Assembly (NCBI GenBank): GCA_047495785.1 | Contig: JBLDXI010000024.1 | Location: forward strand, 2,046,001-2,110,000 | Direction of reading: 5' to 3' | Source of the DNA: Lepidodermella squamata | Lineage: Eukaryota > Animalia > Gastrotricha | DNA: 64,000 nt | Part shown: piece after piece, positions 12,601-24,197 of the stretch | How the letters are laid out: the number at the start of each line of letters is the position of its first letter | Numbering within the stretch: the stretch's first letter is position 1 | Notes under the pieces: generated by a model | Told to the model about the DNA's origin: nothing | The model's database searches: none | Seen by the model: the letters and a program-made list of their open reading frames with translations, nothing else | Program-made: the position numbers and the translations under genes

Positions 12601-12806
12601 TCGAAGAACAGGGTCGACACGGCACCCTTTCGAAGGATGCAAGAGATCGTCAATCAATGGAACGACCTACCACGCGATACCTTCCCTGACACCGTCAACA
12701 TCACAATATTTAAAGAAAAGATGAACGTCCTAGGGCGTCGGCTATAAGCCTACTAATGATAACTGTGTGCGCCTGAATTTTTTCGTAAATAAAAAAAAAA
12801 AAAAAA
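9626..12806 (+). mobile_element. Apparently intact single-ORF non-LTR retrotransposon (APE + RT, CR1/L2-group-like)
   Basis: ACTCG at 9621-9625 and 12807-12811 brackets the insert; empty site at 39521. AATAAA runs into a poly(A) tract at 12791-12807. Confidence 0.95.
9664..12747 (+). CDS. LINE ORF2: Arg-rich N-terminus, APE endonuclease, reverse transcriptase
   Basis: APE motifs QVNVNS, AETK, GGG, GDLN, LD, SDH. RT motifs KSPGPSGI, NYRPV, DVSGAFD, GICQGSALGP, FADD. C-terminal WNDLP. First ATG at 9754. Confidence 0.95.
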   Translation: MHAADQGPAPAQEVRIIPHPGRRKRSGQAVMPGLPDGSTREVRVSLDTADHEVGGRSSKRGGRSEAARGRRRRKKAERRRLRRRKRRADKSGASKIAQRSGASESQFHHQQLNVLQVNVNSIKYRLNAVLAWAKKTDAHFVLAAETKIDDTYGEQMLPGYEIVYRRDRTAHGGGIIVWGRDGLGVQLVEEAPVAEAAWFTISSLKGTVAILAAYRPNPTTAVEEYLKESFCRIQDSFAPVCNLVIGDLNRHLYTSLIRATRQFGLKQVVKEATHIGGGTLDQVFTDADSSAVTIYVGETRVSDHHPVLATLDLDVSVRTMAPRKVWQFDKANWGQLRKQVAHQLRPGKTSRLSACSLAARVLDVISKGMNDHIPQGEIRSVESSVPWWNEKCQELFEEINKTTDPEAKRHMRKEIGNIHERYKTALKDQLAKKQIPAKRYHQLIRQVQLASKPGCGRIPALENGKDEMGRLIMVSDDMDKAQLLADHFQEKMELPPRQGNWSDEVQIQVIASTIAVSKSEIAQRLKQLKPGKSPGPSGIGTKPLKMLADWISEPLALLWKKMHSEGTWPSVFKVVNVCPIFKKKSKSNKANYRPVGMGEHVGKVLERILAELVVKTAIANGVIPPEQAAFLSGCGTTDTQLSVVIDIISAINDRKDFILRQTDVSGAFDRVDRSLLLDILWKSGIQGQVHAMIRSFLTDRYFRVLVAGASSSLRSEDAGICQGSALGPSLWLVWYSGISRSVSKIVDQPNYHPPEPYTFADDFNLGSTNQSEVDIGEEKAMQWARAHRVSMDPKKRIDTRFSYPRFNCGRRRLNEDSSLESTNPSKAETATTTLLGLVLDTGLSMEECMTKKIGQANRAITQLLRLRPYLSTRQLENAYKTYVLPYLEFAMVPYTFAASASTLEKLDAVQNRFVKMTEAKLTPLGHRRFVGVMTYLYKTMVAGRGTKQVRSKFIKIPKPNTRTRAASEKHHHQLQLAKSSKNRVDTAPFRRMQEIVNQWNDLPRDTFPDTVNITIFKEKMNVLGRRL

Positions 12807-14432
12807 ACTCGGCGTGAATTTGCGATAAACTGCACAAGAAAAAAACGGTCCGTAATCAGGCTCCCCCTAAATTTAGGGATAGGCACTAAAATCAAAGGGT
12901 TTTAAAGTGCTCTTTTTCAGGGCTACGAATTCACACCATACTAATTGAGCATCCCCAAATTAAGTGATATGCAATTAGAGGATGGATAATTTAATTAAAA
13001 ACTCCAGAAAAACTGCAGAGTCCGAGTCGTATTCATGAAACGACTCATTTTCAAAAATTATTTTCTGATTTTTGTTGGCTCTAATCTCGAACAAGGTTGA
13101 CTTGATCTACTTTGAGAATAAAATGAGCAATTTAAAACTGGTGCCTGGTTTTTTGCCAGATGGAGTCAGTGTTCCGATTTTTGCCCACTGGACCACGCTC
13201 AGTGGCAGACACAAGCAAATGTTCCTTATTGAAATCGTTGAGTAAGGGGTAGGGGTATAGTTAATCGGCGTACACTTTCAAGACCTTGTAAAGCCGGCCA
13301 GGTTTAGAGATTTTTTGAGTTAAAAATACGCAATTTTTGTGCTTTTAAACCGAAAATGTTGCTCGCTCCGCTCGCAAATATCCATTATCCTATTGTTTTC
13401 TATTACCTTAAGCCAACAGTTCCCATTCTCATTAGGAGAGCCAATCTTCAATGATCTGGAATCTGTCAGGATCCAGAAGGAAGTTAGAAGGAGACCTAAA
13501 ATTCCTTCCTATTTAGACAAAAAAAACCAGCTTCGAGAGGCTCATTTTCGCATTTTCAGAGGCGAATCGCCAAAAAATGAGTTCGCTTCGCTTGCATTCT
13601 ATTTCGTTATGTTATCTTTTGTTTCCTTTTTAGCAATATAAAAGACCTTACTCCCTAGTACAGCATCGAATACTGTAGGCTTTTAGCTTCGGGGAATTAT
13701 ATCAGTGCTATTTTAATCGCGTATTAACTAGTTTCGCGAACTTCCAACCAATGGACAGCAACATAGCGAAAAAAATCGAAAAAATCACAATTTATTCCAA
13801 ATTCGGTACACTTTTTCGGAATTTCTTTCCAGTGGCAGACACTTTCTATTCACGAAAAAAAATCGGAGGACTGGATGGAGTTAGCTTTACTCGATAACGC
13901 CGACTTCGGCTAATGACAGAAGCTTTGAAAATACCTAGTCGTCTTTATAATAAAGCTGGCTTTACCACTATAAAGACGTCTTTATCGGCTCTAGTACATT
14001 TCTATATGCAAGATAAAAACGACTTTTTACAAATAAAGTCAGCTTTATATATTTTCGAAAATCGAAACAAAACGAAACGAAAAGCTTTTTATTTTGTCCT
14101 TTTTTCCAGATAAAACGAACGAAAATGTACAATTTGGAAGGTAAGAAAAAAGGCGCGGGGGAAAATCGCGATGTGAATAAAGCTAGCTCTATGTCTATCA
14201 TCTATCATATACCTAAACTAGCTGAGATCAGCTAACTTCAGCTAAAGCCTTTTATCGATAGAGTTGACTCATATCATATAAAGATATGTAGCTTCGAAAA
14301 AAACCCAAATGCCAAATTTCATTTTGTTATTCAAACATATATATGTTTGTGTCTCAAAACACTCTCATCTCTCCAATCTCTCCAATCTCATCTCTCCAAT
14401 ATTAACCTGTAATAAATTTTACATTTGTTAGA

Positions 14433-14525
14433 ATGAACTTGCTGCTCTCTTTCACGTCGGCGTTGCTCGTAGCAACTGATATTGCGCGATGTGGTGACTG
14501 GGTTCGACTGGTTTCGCAATTCAAC
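14433..14525 (+). pseudogene. Diverged duplicate of exon 1 of the downstream secreted gene
   Basis: MNLLLSFTSALLVATDIARCGDWVRLVSQFN versus MNLVISALVSFIVAAEIARCADWVRCFSQFN at 14876. Confidence 0.7.
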
Positions 14526-14875
14526 GCAAGCTCGACTCCACAAGGCTCCGTTTCTTTTTTCTTCGCTGACGTGTGATAGCAAAATAAGCGTATTTGAATT
14601 TTCCTTTTTCGTTTGTGGCATGGGTGCCGTCGAATTCAAATCAGCAAATCGTCAAATGATGATTTTATGCAAAAAATGCTAACAATTTGAATGTTGATTG
14701 ACAAATGATTTGGTGATTTGACACGCGTTTGTGGCCCGCCCTTTATCAAAACAAGCGCGTGACGCGTGAATTGAAAAAGTCGGCACGCGATTATCAGACC
14801 AGAAATTTACGAAAAAGATAAAAATTTCTCGCTATTCACAAAATCCTTAATTTTATAAAGATTTTTACTCTAAAA

Positions 14876-17800
14876 ATGAACTTGGTGATTTCGGCATTGG
14901 TCTCGTTTATCGTAGCTGCTGAAATTGCGCGATGCGCTGACTGGGTTCGATGCTTCTCGCAGTTTAACGACGTGTTTTCTGATTGCCGCCAACTTCCTAA
15001 CGGCTGTTCTCTATTGCGAGAATATCGAGTTAGTTTTTCCATTTATTTCATAAAAATTCATAAAAAAATAGAAATGTTCTCTTTGCGACAGTACGGCAGT
15101 AGCCATTCCAGTCAAACAGCCTGTCTCCGGGCGGTTCGCATTTTTTCTATTCGATTCTGTTTAGTTTCTCTCGATTTTGAACAGACTGCTAGATTGTGCT
15201 ATCGATTCCGAACAAATTCGGGCAACTGTCGACCAGGCATACCTGGATGTAATTCGGCGGAAGAAATCACGGTTCGTACATAAACCATATATACCATAGT
15301 AAAAACTAAATCAACTGCTGGGCATTGAAGGATATTCGTCGTTTGAGGCAGGTTGCATCGCTATCTTCTTAGGCTGGCTTCGAGGTAGACGATGAACAGA
15401 ACAGGACTGAGGGCACCTCCCTGAGGCGATCCCTTTCTCGTTGCGATTCCGTTGCGTTTCCGTGTCTGTTCTGAACTTTTTGATTAAGGTTATGTCTTGG
15501 GTAAAAGCTCAATGAATTCCGTTTCGTCGAAGAGTCCTTTGATGAATTCGAGAAGTTCGGCGCGATTGGTGGTATCGAAGGCGCTGCTCATGTCGACTCC
15601 CAGGATGAAGAACCCCTCTATGTACTTGAGAATCCTGGCCGTTAACCATCTTCGTGACCATACTGGGTCGCTGGGCGACCTTCCGGGTGTATACGCTCTC
15701 AGGGATTTCGATAGGAATAGTTCGACTTTCGGCTTGATCCTGGCATGTATTGCGTTAGATAACAGTTTGCGGCACGTCTGAAGGCAGAATGATGGCTCTG
15801 GCCAATCCATCTGTTGCTTTGTTGTTTCTGAGCTGCTTTGCTACCAGTTCACCTGGTGGTGTGTCACCTTAGCCAGATGATAGTAGAGAAAAAGATATTA
15901 AGGACTCATTACCTTGCATCTACCTGTAAATTTTCATGAAGTTATCAGGAAAAATGACTATTTCATCGTTTATAAACCACCGATGATGTGTTATCTGAGT
16001 GGATTATCATGACAAATGCATTATCCACTCCCCGTTAATTACTAAGATCCGACTTTAAATGCGAGGACACATCATTGACTTGTACGCAATAAACAGACGA
16101 AAATGCGCGTTCCTCATTTATTGCCGTCATCGCGCGCGCACTAGCGAAGTCTACATTTTTAACAAATTTTGGACCGCTCGCGCTGATGTCAAAGGGATAC
16201 TTTAGAATAACTCACCGGCATTATTACCAAAATAAAATTCAGTAGATTCTCTATTGATTGAATATGGGATTCTCGTGAACAACTTTCCCAACATTTCCAA
16301 AATTCGTTAACTTTTCTGCGAACAAGCAGAATTTATAACATTCAAAATTTTGAATTCTATTGCGCACCCGTCAACCCTGTCTGGCGGCATCGGTGGTCTA
16401 TATTAAATAACCCATGGTCCTCGGTCATTATTTTCGAGATGACCAATAACGCCCTCGGCCTGCGGCCTCGCGCGTTATCTGCCATGTCTCGAATAATTCA
16501 CCGATGCCCATGTGTTATATAATACAGAGCCTGTCTCGAATACTAGCCACGCCATACTTTGTCCAATGCAGGTGGTGCGCTAGAGGAGGGACGAAGCTGT
16601 CCTAATTGCGTCGCCTAAAACTGCCAAGCGGAACAGAGGTGGCGGAGGTAAGCCGTTGTTTACGAATGTCGAGGGGAAATTAGCAGTTTTAGTCAGACAA
16701 CAGAGAAGTCAACAACGCAAACGACTTGCGATGATGAGATTTGCCAATTGCCGCTAAATAATAGCCTCCCTCGAATAACAGCCCCCTCGAATAATTACCT
16801 CTTTTTATGGACCATTTTCGGAGTTTCGGGAAAATTAACAGCCACGGTTATTATTATTATTATTACCTATGAAATACGCTAGTTTATGTCGTCCAGAAAA
16901 TCACCGATAAACTATGTACGGAAGCGATTTTCGCGTACATGTATATGTACGAGCGGTTGTGAGCGAAATGTGCAAGCGAAATAAGAGCAATGCGATATGA
17001 GCAATGATATAAGAGATGAGAGCAACGAGTTAAGCGCAGAACGACGAAAGAGCAATTTTTATGGATAAATTGAGGAAAAATAGTGGCACGCGACGTTTTA
17101 TATTTCGTAACTTCTATGATTCAGCAAGCAGCAATTCGAGCTACTTATTGGGTCGAGATTCGCACTTCGTCTGTTTTATGAAAAAAAATCTAGTCGCGTG
17201 GCATTGATAATTGCTCTTACGTCGTTCTGCTCTTAACCCGTTGCTCTCATCTCGTTTTACTCTCATGTCATTGCTCATATCCCATTGAGCAGGAGGACTC
17301 CATTCTCCATTACTAATACGTTTGTCAATGAAATAAAATAGAAATATCGGAAAATTGGGGATGCTTCGGCGCCTTTTCAGTTTTTCTATCCCTGGGAGCT
17401 CCGGGATCCTTGGTCGCCCACCGAGGGTTAAAGTTGAAAATTTCCCTTTTCGATTTCACAACAACCTTTGTAAAAATATGCCCATGTATTTTTGCTTTTT
17501 GCCGCTTCGTGCTTATTACCTGGTTCAAGCCAGCTCAGCTATATGTCAACCTGGCTGAATTTCGGCGAAAGAGGATAAAATTTCGCCAATTTCGCCAGAA
17601 TTTTCGATTAAAATATGGTTTTCACCAATTTGAGCTCTTGTTGCCTGATTTCAAGCAAGCAGAATAGTAGGCTTCATTATCAATCGCGAAAGTGTCGATT
17701 TATACGTTATATTACGGTTTTACTGAAGACAGGATTTTAGCCTCTGGACTAATTAGGTCCTAACACTGACTAGAAAATTTGCGTTCAATTAAGAAAGTGT

Positions 17801-20800
17801 TGCTTTTTTTATATGCCTTTTAACATATTACATCTTCCATGTTCAGATTGGCAACTCTTACAATGGCGTTTTTCCATTCAGAACAAATCAGGCGGCTTGT
17901 TTCAACGATCTCAACAATCTGCTGGTAAACTTTTGTTCGCCATTTTCCAAAAGGAATATTAATATGGCATTCGTGATGCAGAATCGAAGTTTTGACTTGT
18001 GTGCCAACGCGACTCGCGCGTTTTCCACCTGTGTACCGAACGGAGCCTCGTGCCCTAACACCTTGGTAAGAGTCGATCTCGAAATTGAGCTGAAAAGTGA
18101 ACGTATTTCTTACTTAGACGAACCCTTTTAGAGAGAGATTCCCGAACCTAAACACTTGTCTCTCAAAAGTTAACAGTAAGTTTTTACTTATTTCATCATC
18201 GTAGCCTCTTATTGTTAACAAAGAAAACCTAATAAAATGTGAATAAAACGTGTCATTTCAGGTGAAGTTGCTGATTCTCTGAAGCCGCACATTCGCTGCT
18301 TCAATGCTACGACTCGCGAATTTGCCGGTTGCCGATTAGACATTAGACAGCTCGGGATGTCGTGCCGGTGAAACAGCTGAATTTTCTACTGGAGTCTACA
18401 GGAACAAAGCCAGCTGCTTATCATGGGTATCAATCTCTTATCTTCATGATAATGATAAACAGATGCTTCTATAGAGCATCTTCATAATATCTCATGAAGC
18501 CATTAATGCCGATTAAGTATGGGGGCAACGGAGGGTATCGTAGCCGTCAGTTTGCAAGGCCAAGGACGAAACCCCAAAAAACTAAATTTGGTCGTAAACT
18601 TTGGTCCCGAAAATAACTCCTAGTTCAGGGATCCTACGTCGCACAATGATGCCGATTATTAACGGCCCGACTCGGTCGAGCTCGCAGGGCGAGAGCTTAC
18701 GTGGGGCCTCACTTATTTACAGAAAGTCGTACATTGTACAAAGCAGCGACGGCGAAGCTGGTCTGTTATCTGAATGGATTTTCAGTACCAAACTATCTTC
18801 TCTGCAATAGTTACGTCAAGAGAAGCGAACTGGCATCTAATGAGGCGCAACTCTAAATTCGACCTCTTACTGAGATTCGGAAGTGAAAATTGAAAAGCTG
18901 GTTTCAATTGCAAAATTGATCAAATTAGAGAAATAGCGCAATTATGGGTGTTCCGGAACTCAACGGAAAGGGGCTTTCTCGAATGAATTTCAAAAACGAT
19001 CCTGTCTTTTCAGTTAATTTGGAAATTGAGATTGCTTTGGTTCATAGCTCTTACAATAAAACTTTGTTTGAAAAACAGTATGCGGTTCAGTGTGATACTT
19101 CATCAGGTAAACAGTGTTACAACTTGTGCCCGGACGCTTCTACCAGTGTGAGTAACATTTGATCAACTGCGTACTTTTTTCTCAATTTCATAACTGCTCA
19201 ATTAGGTGAAAACCTTTACCAACTCGTCCGCATTTTCCGAAAACTATGCTGCCTGCATGAACGACTTGAAGCCGCGCTATTTCTTGTCTCCGCTTCCTCT
19301 TGGCTATTTCCGCGGTCAGTTGAACGCCTGCAAGTCGCCTTCCAGCCGCCTGGCTACCTTTCAATCGCCGGCTGATGTAGCTGTAGCCGCGCAGATCGCC
19401 GGCTCCACGCGGGTCTATGTCGGCTTGGTTGCCGACTTCAAGCTGCCAGATGGCAGTGTCATCGCCATTGACTCGCCTTGGTGGTCTGACGCTCCAACAA
19501 CGTACGGTGCATGTGAGTCTAAATCTAGGCATTAGGCATGCTATGTTGATAATTCGAACGTAAACTATTAGGGCACACACATCTGTCGCAGCTGGCGACT
19601 ATCATTATTCAGTGGCAATTTCGGCGCGCGCGACATGAGTAGTCTGAAGTTTCTGCTATTAACCCTTTCATGGCGGAATTATTTATCTGCGGTAGAAAAA
19701 ATATTTGACGGCAGTTCTGGGGGTTTTAGAGGGCCCTGATCACGATTTTGAAACCCGTTCATCTCTATCTATCACCGTTAATGCTGTACAAAAACTGGCC
19801 GAAATCGTCCTATCCGCCCAGCTGATTTCAGCAGATTTTTCGAACACCCTAATTTCTGTGTCAGGTGCCTCCAGCTTTGGAATTTTATATTATAAATTAC
19901 TCCCATGAATGTCCCCAAGATTCTCCCTCACTTAAATCGCCGAAAACATTCATAGTAAAAAAGTTTTAGAGGCTCAGCATTCAGATCTGAATTCAGCTTT
20001 TCCAGTTTTTGCTCGCGACAGTTTTTGCAGCACAAAAACCACGCACTCCGCCTGTATAAGTCCTGGCGGATAGGACGATTTCGGCCGATTTAATTAAATC
20101 TCAATAGCGTCGTCATTTTTAATTTCCAACTCGAAAAAATTTACACAGAGGTCAATGAGACTATGGCGGACACGGTGGTATTTTTTGTTGGATCAAAAAA
20201 TGATCAGAAACCTATGAGATTTCAAGTTGAAAAAAATCGAAATTTCAATCTCAGGTTGACTATTTTCAAATTGCTTGTATGTCCTGACCATGCAAGATAA
20301 CGGCGCCCTGGTCTCAAAACCTTGTAGCCAACATCGAAAAGCAATATTCCTGAGAAGGGCGATCAAAAATTCATCGAATTCAATTTTCTGTGAATTTTCA
20401 AAGTCGAAATTCCGAAATCGTCCTTCCCGCCGTGAAAGGGTTAAGGGCCGAAGTGCGCGCATATGAGTGCTAGCGCGCTCAAACTGGAGAAGGGGCCGCA
20501 GGGTAGACACTCTTTTCAATTTCACTTAAATTCTCAAAGTCCTAAATTCCTAAATCATAAGATTCCTCATTCCTAAATAATAAGATGCCAAACGTGACGA
20601 CGATAACAAAGTTAAGCTAAATTTTGACGCGAAATTCACCATTTTTCTGAAATATTCAAAAATTATTTTTAATTGAGCCCTATAATTTCTATATTGGTTT
20701 TTTTGTGAAAAGAAGGATTTATTGCGCCGTTTCATATAGGTACTTGAAATGTGCGTCATTACAGTAAATTATAAGTCGATAATAAGTGCGGGAATCGATT

Positions 20801-21698
20801 ATTCAAAAATGTCGAATGCCAGGGCACTCGTTGCCCCCCTCGGAGATTTGGTTTTAGTTTGTGATGTCGATTGATGGGGAAAAGTTGTTAAGAAACGTGT
20901 GTGATTGACAATCATGGAGCTGCCAGAAATGAAAAAACTTCGTGAACATTACTCATAATTCGAACCGAAATACATACGAGCGAAGCGAGAACATGTCGAC
21001 GATTTCCCTACCTCTCAAAATTGACGAAACAAGGAGTACAATTTGCATTTTCTCCCCAAGCACGGCCGAGCTGGGGATTGATCCCTCATCCCTTCCCCCT
21101 TCGCTCTGATAATTGCACACTGAATTATTAACAAAAATCAATCAACGACTTGCAGGTATGGTTATGACTGCTGGAGGTATTTCGAATTGGAATTGTAATA
21201 ATCAACGCCAAAGAACCGTTTGCTCAGGAGCCGTGAGTTTAGTTATTACCTTCAATTTCAATTTCAAAACAATTTCGATTTGTGTTTTTTACAGACTCTG
21301 CAGGATCTGGAGCTCACGTCAACGCTTGACAGTTTATCCGCCGGGGTCACCTATTGTCAGAGCCGGAATAAAGTTCTGGCGGTAATCAAGGATGAGGCGA
21401 CCTTCAACGCAACATTTCAACTAGTAAACACCACGCCTTACGCAGCATTCATTGCCGGGCAACGTTCAGATGCGAACAGCTATTCCTGGATAACCGGTGA
21501 GACGTACAAAATTCCGCCATTTACGGCCCCGCCTAGCGGTACTGCCACCGTCGGCTACGATGCATGTGAGTTCTGGTCCGTATCTACGATTTCAACATCA
21601 ATTTGGTTTTTCTAGGCGTGACTTTGGATAGTGGCATACTTCGACGGGACACTTGCGCTAATGGTTATGGGTATGCTGCTCTGTGCGAACGCATGTAG
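14876..21698 (+). CDS. Multi-exon secreted protein with about five 4-Cys repeats and two C-type-lectin-like domains (frameshifted, possibly a pseudogene)
   Basis: Signal peptide. Exons 14876-15028, 15092-15133, 15185-15271, 17847-17924, about 17983-18065, 18118-18175, 18262-18426, 19079-19147, 19206-19512, about 21157-21231, 21295-21564, 21616-21698 with GT-AG borders. CTL-like YCQSRNKVLAVIKDE...AFIAG...YSW...ACVTL...DTC...AALCER. 7-nt duplication at 18335-18348 breaks the frame. Confidence 0.7.
15360..15860 (-). mobile_element. RTE-like LINE reverse transcriptase fragment in an intron
   Basis: ILGVDMSSAFDT and GSPQGGALSPVLFIVYLE RT motifs, frameshifted. Confidence 0.75.
16400..16523. repeat. 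Short palindromic element with Crypton-like central hairpin
   Basis: TATTAAATAACCCATGG...CCATGTGTTATATAATA arms around GCCCTCGGCCTGCGGCCTCGCGC. Confidence 0.55.
16993..17283. mobile_element. MITE-like inverted repeat
   Basis: ATATGAGCAATGA...GAGCAACGAGTTAAGCGCAGAACGACG is mirrored by CGTCGTTCTGCTCTTAACCCGTTGCTC...TCATTGCTCATAT. Confidence 0.65.
19663..20440. mobile_element. piggyBac-type non-autonomous element
   Basis: TTAA at 19659-19662 and 20441-20444. TIRs CCCTTTCATGGCGG and CCGCCGTGAAAGGG. A second left end starts at 26316. Confidence 0.88.
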
Positions 21699-22184
21699 TA
21701 TGCTTGCGAACCAAATGCTAGTCCACGATTCAAATCAAAACTGACTGTTACTATGTTTTCATTTTTTTCAGAAGAATGCTGCTCGTGTATGAAGTAGTGA
21801 CATGTGACATGTATATTATTTTTTCTGAAGAGTAATTTCAGATGAGCGAATTCCGACTTAAATACACTGACATACTTGAATGCTACCTCAGAAGCATAAA
21901 AGATCGTTAGTGAAATGTTCTCTCCCTCTGAATAAAATGGCGAAGATGTTATGGATAGCGCAGTTGGTTTTTACCAAGACTGAAAAAACGTAATCTGAAT
22001 AGTAATTTGAAAAGACAGCACCTGACTATTACGCAGTCATGTATTACCGTACACAGTAAAAAAAACTCGGTGTTTACCGTGCCAAATAAGCTACCCAGTC
22101 ATAAGTATATCAATCTGCTCAATCAGTATATCAATCAGTATATCAATTAGCAATTAATTAAGGAATTTTCGCTCAAATTCACCC

Positions 22185-22690
22185 AACGGCGTAAGATCTG
22201 GACTTCTAGGAGGCCAAGCGTATGGCCCAGCGCGGCCTATCCAATTACCTTTGATTCAGCCAGTCCCTGACAACCCGGGAGAAATGCGCAGGCGCCCCGT
22301 CATGCATGAAAACAGTATCATCGTCAATTTCCGCACTTATCAGCGGCCATAAAAAGTTTTCCAGCATCTCAAGATTAGACAACCCGGAGACAGATCGATC
22401 ATAGATCATAGAAATATGGCCCGATTACTCGGTCGCCCCAGATACCCGCCCACACCATTATTCTCGGAGAACTTTGATCTTTGATATCCATGATCCAGTT
22501 TGGGTTAACGGGAGACCACCAACGGTAATTTTGGTGATTCGTGAAGCCATCAAGACGAAATAAAGCTTCGTCACCCACAAGAATTTTGTTGAGAAATGCA
22601 TGCAGTTCATCTTCCATATTGAGTAGCCATCGGCAAAAATTTAACCTTTTTTCGTAATCATCTTCTTGAAGAGCCTGAGTATGCCGGGTG
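22185..22690 (-). mobile_element. Tc1/mariner-type transposase catalytic-domain relic
   Basis: RLNFCRW...ILVGDEALFRLDG...NYRWWS...MVWAGIWGDRVIGPYF, and WPPRSPDLTPL near 22190-22220. Confidence 0.85.
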
Positions 22691-22696
22691 AAACCC

Positions 22697-23000
22697 GGTA
22701 CTATACTGTCAAAATGGATTGTCCGTCCGTCTGTCCGTCCGTCTGAAGCCGCGCACGCGCGCACTTGACCCGCACACCTTCAATAAAATGCCCTGCGCGC
22801 ACAAGTAAAATAATAGCGATGACACGCACATTATTTATTTCCCCGAAATTTTTCGATTGCTCCACTACTATGATGAATTTTTTTATGCGGTTTTCAGCAA
22901 AAGATAGGTCTAATCTGTGGTCAAAATTCCAGAAAAGTTTGTTCGAAAAGGATTTGGGCAAAAAAACTTGCAAAGAAATGCGATCATAGTATTTCTTCGT
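22697..23000 (+). mobile_element. Possible Helentron/HINE-like element end
   Basis: (GTCY)n tract GTCCGTCCGTCTGTCCGTCCGTCTG at 22721-22745, directly where the Tc1 frame breaks. Right boundary not defined. Confidence 0.4.
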
Positions 23001-24197
23001 TATTCATAATAAACATCGGCATAAAATCGGCGATAGTTAACTGTTGTTAGCTAATCGTCGGAGTCATTATCATCGTTATCATCATCATTTGTATTCGTAA
23101 ATTGATATTTCCAGGATAAGAAGGGCAGTCTACTTACAATAATCCAATTGGTTGTAAAGTTCTTGCGTGCTACTTACTTACTGAGCTTCCTTGGCAGAAC
23201 TTGGCAGGAATAATTTCACGCACACGATCAAGTATTCGAATGTTTTATTTTGTTTTATTCGATCAAAAAAGCAAGTCTAGCTTTTCATCATCAACGACCA
23301 TTTATTAATTTTATCATCATCCCCCGTGCTAGCGCTAAAAGCAAAGTAAACAAGGGCGGTGAAAAACAACAGGCGCATGTCTCGACAGCTAATACTGTTG
23401 ACTGTTAAGGGGTGTCCATTCCTTCGCCATAGAAGCGTGGTAGGCCCCTAAAAGTACCGGCCAGAGTCAGATATTCTAGTAGGCAAACAAGGCCTTATAG
23501 CCCCGCGATTTTCTGGCCCTCAAAGAAAAATCCTAAGGGGGGAGCCTTGTGCCATAAAGACGCCCATGTTTTCCGACTACCGTGGGAAAATGGAAATTAG
23601 AAAGTTGGAAACAGGGTAGACCGGCCGGTAAATTGACCGGTTGTCCGGTGGGGCTGGGTCGGCTAAAGTCTACCCGGTTCACCGGTAAACTGTGGAAAAT
23701 ATCAGCAGAAATTAATCGGATAAAGAGATTCCCAATCAATTTGATTTGCACTTTTATCTCAGATTTTCAAGACTCAAACTGCGCGAATTTTCCTATTTTT
23801 CTTCTGGGTGGCAATTTGTGTATGAAGTAGATTTTTGAAAATTAGCGGTAGTATGCTGGCTTTTGAATTAATCGTGATTAAGATTTGCGCAATTTAACTT
23901 TTGCACAAGTAAAAATTGCACACCTTGATTTTTCGAGTTGCGCAATGATTATTTGCACATCTCTACCTTTGCGCAAATTGGGTGCGCACAAGTACGATTG
24001 CACATCTACCGTTCTTCGTAAATGAATTGGCGAAGACAGAAAAGAGAGTACAGGAAAATTACGCATTAATTGTTATTACTGTTAGGGTAATTGTTAATTG
24101 TTTTTTAAAATAATAAATAATGTTATTATCATCATCATGATAGCATTTTATCATCTTATTAGTTGAGAATCAGCTGGTAAGCAGTAACGACTATACA

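Larger units (their letters stand above)
2567..13040 (+). repeat. Segmental duplication copy 1 (direct repeat of about 34436-39790 plus extra insertions)
   Basis: Collinear blocks read by eye: 2567-3038/34436-34908, 3745-6118/34914-37268, 8267-9340/37265-38348, 9345-9625/39250-39525, 12807-13040/39521-39790. Confidence 0.9.

Noticed and set aside
18520-18720. GC-rich stretch with GGACGAAAC, possible hammerhead ribozyme
   Set aside because: No matching CTGANGA core or closing stems found.
23590-24030. CCGG-rich and TTGCGCAA/TTGCACA repeat patches
   Set aside because: Probably decayed MITE subterminal repeats; no ends or TSD could be defined.
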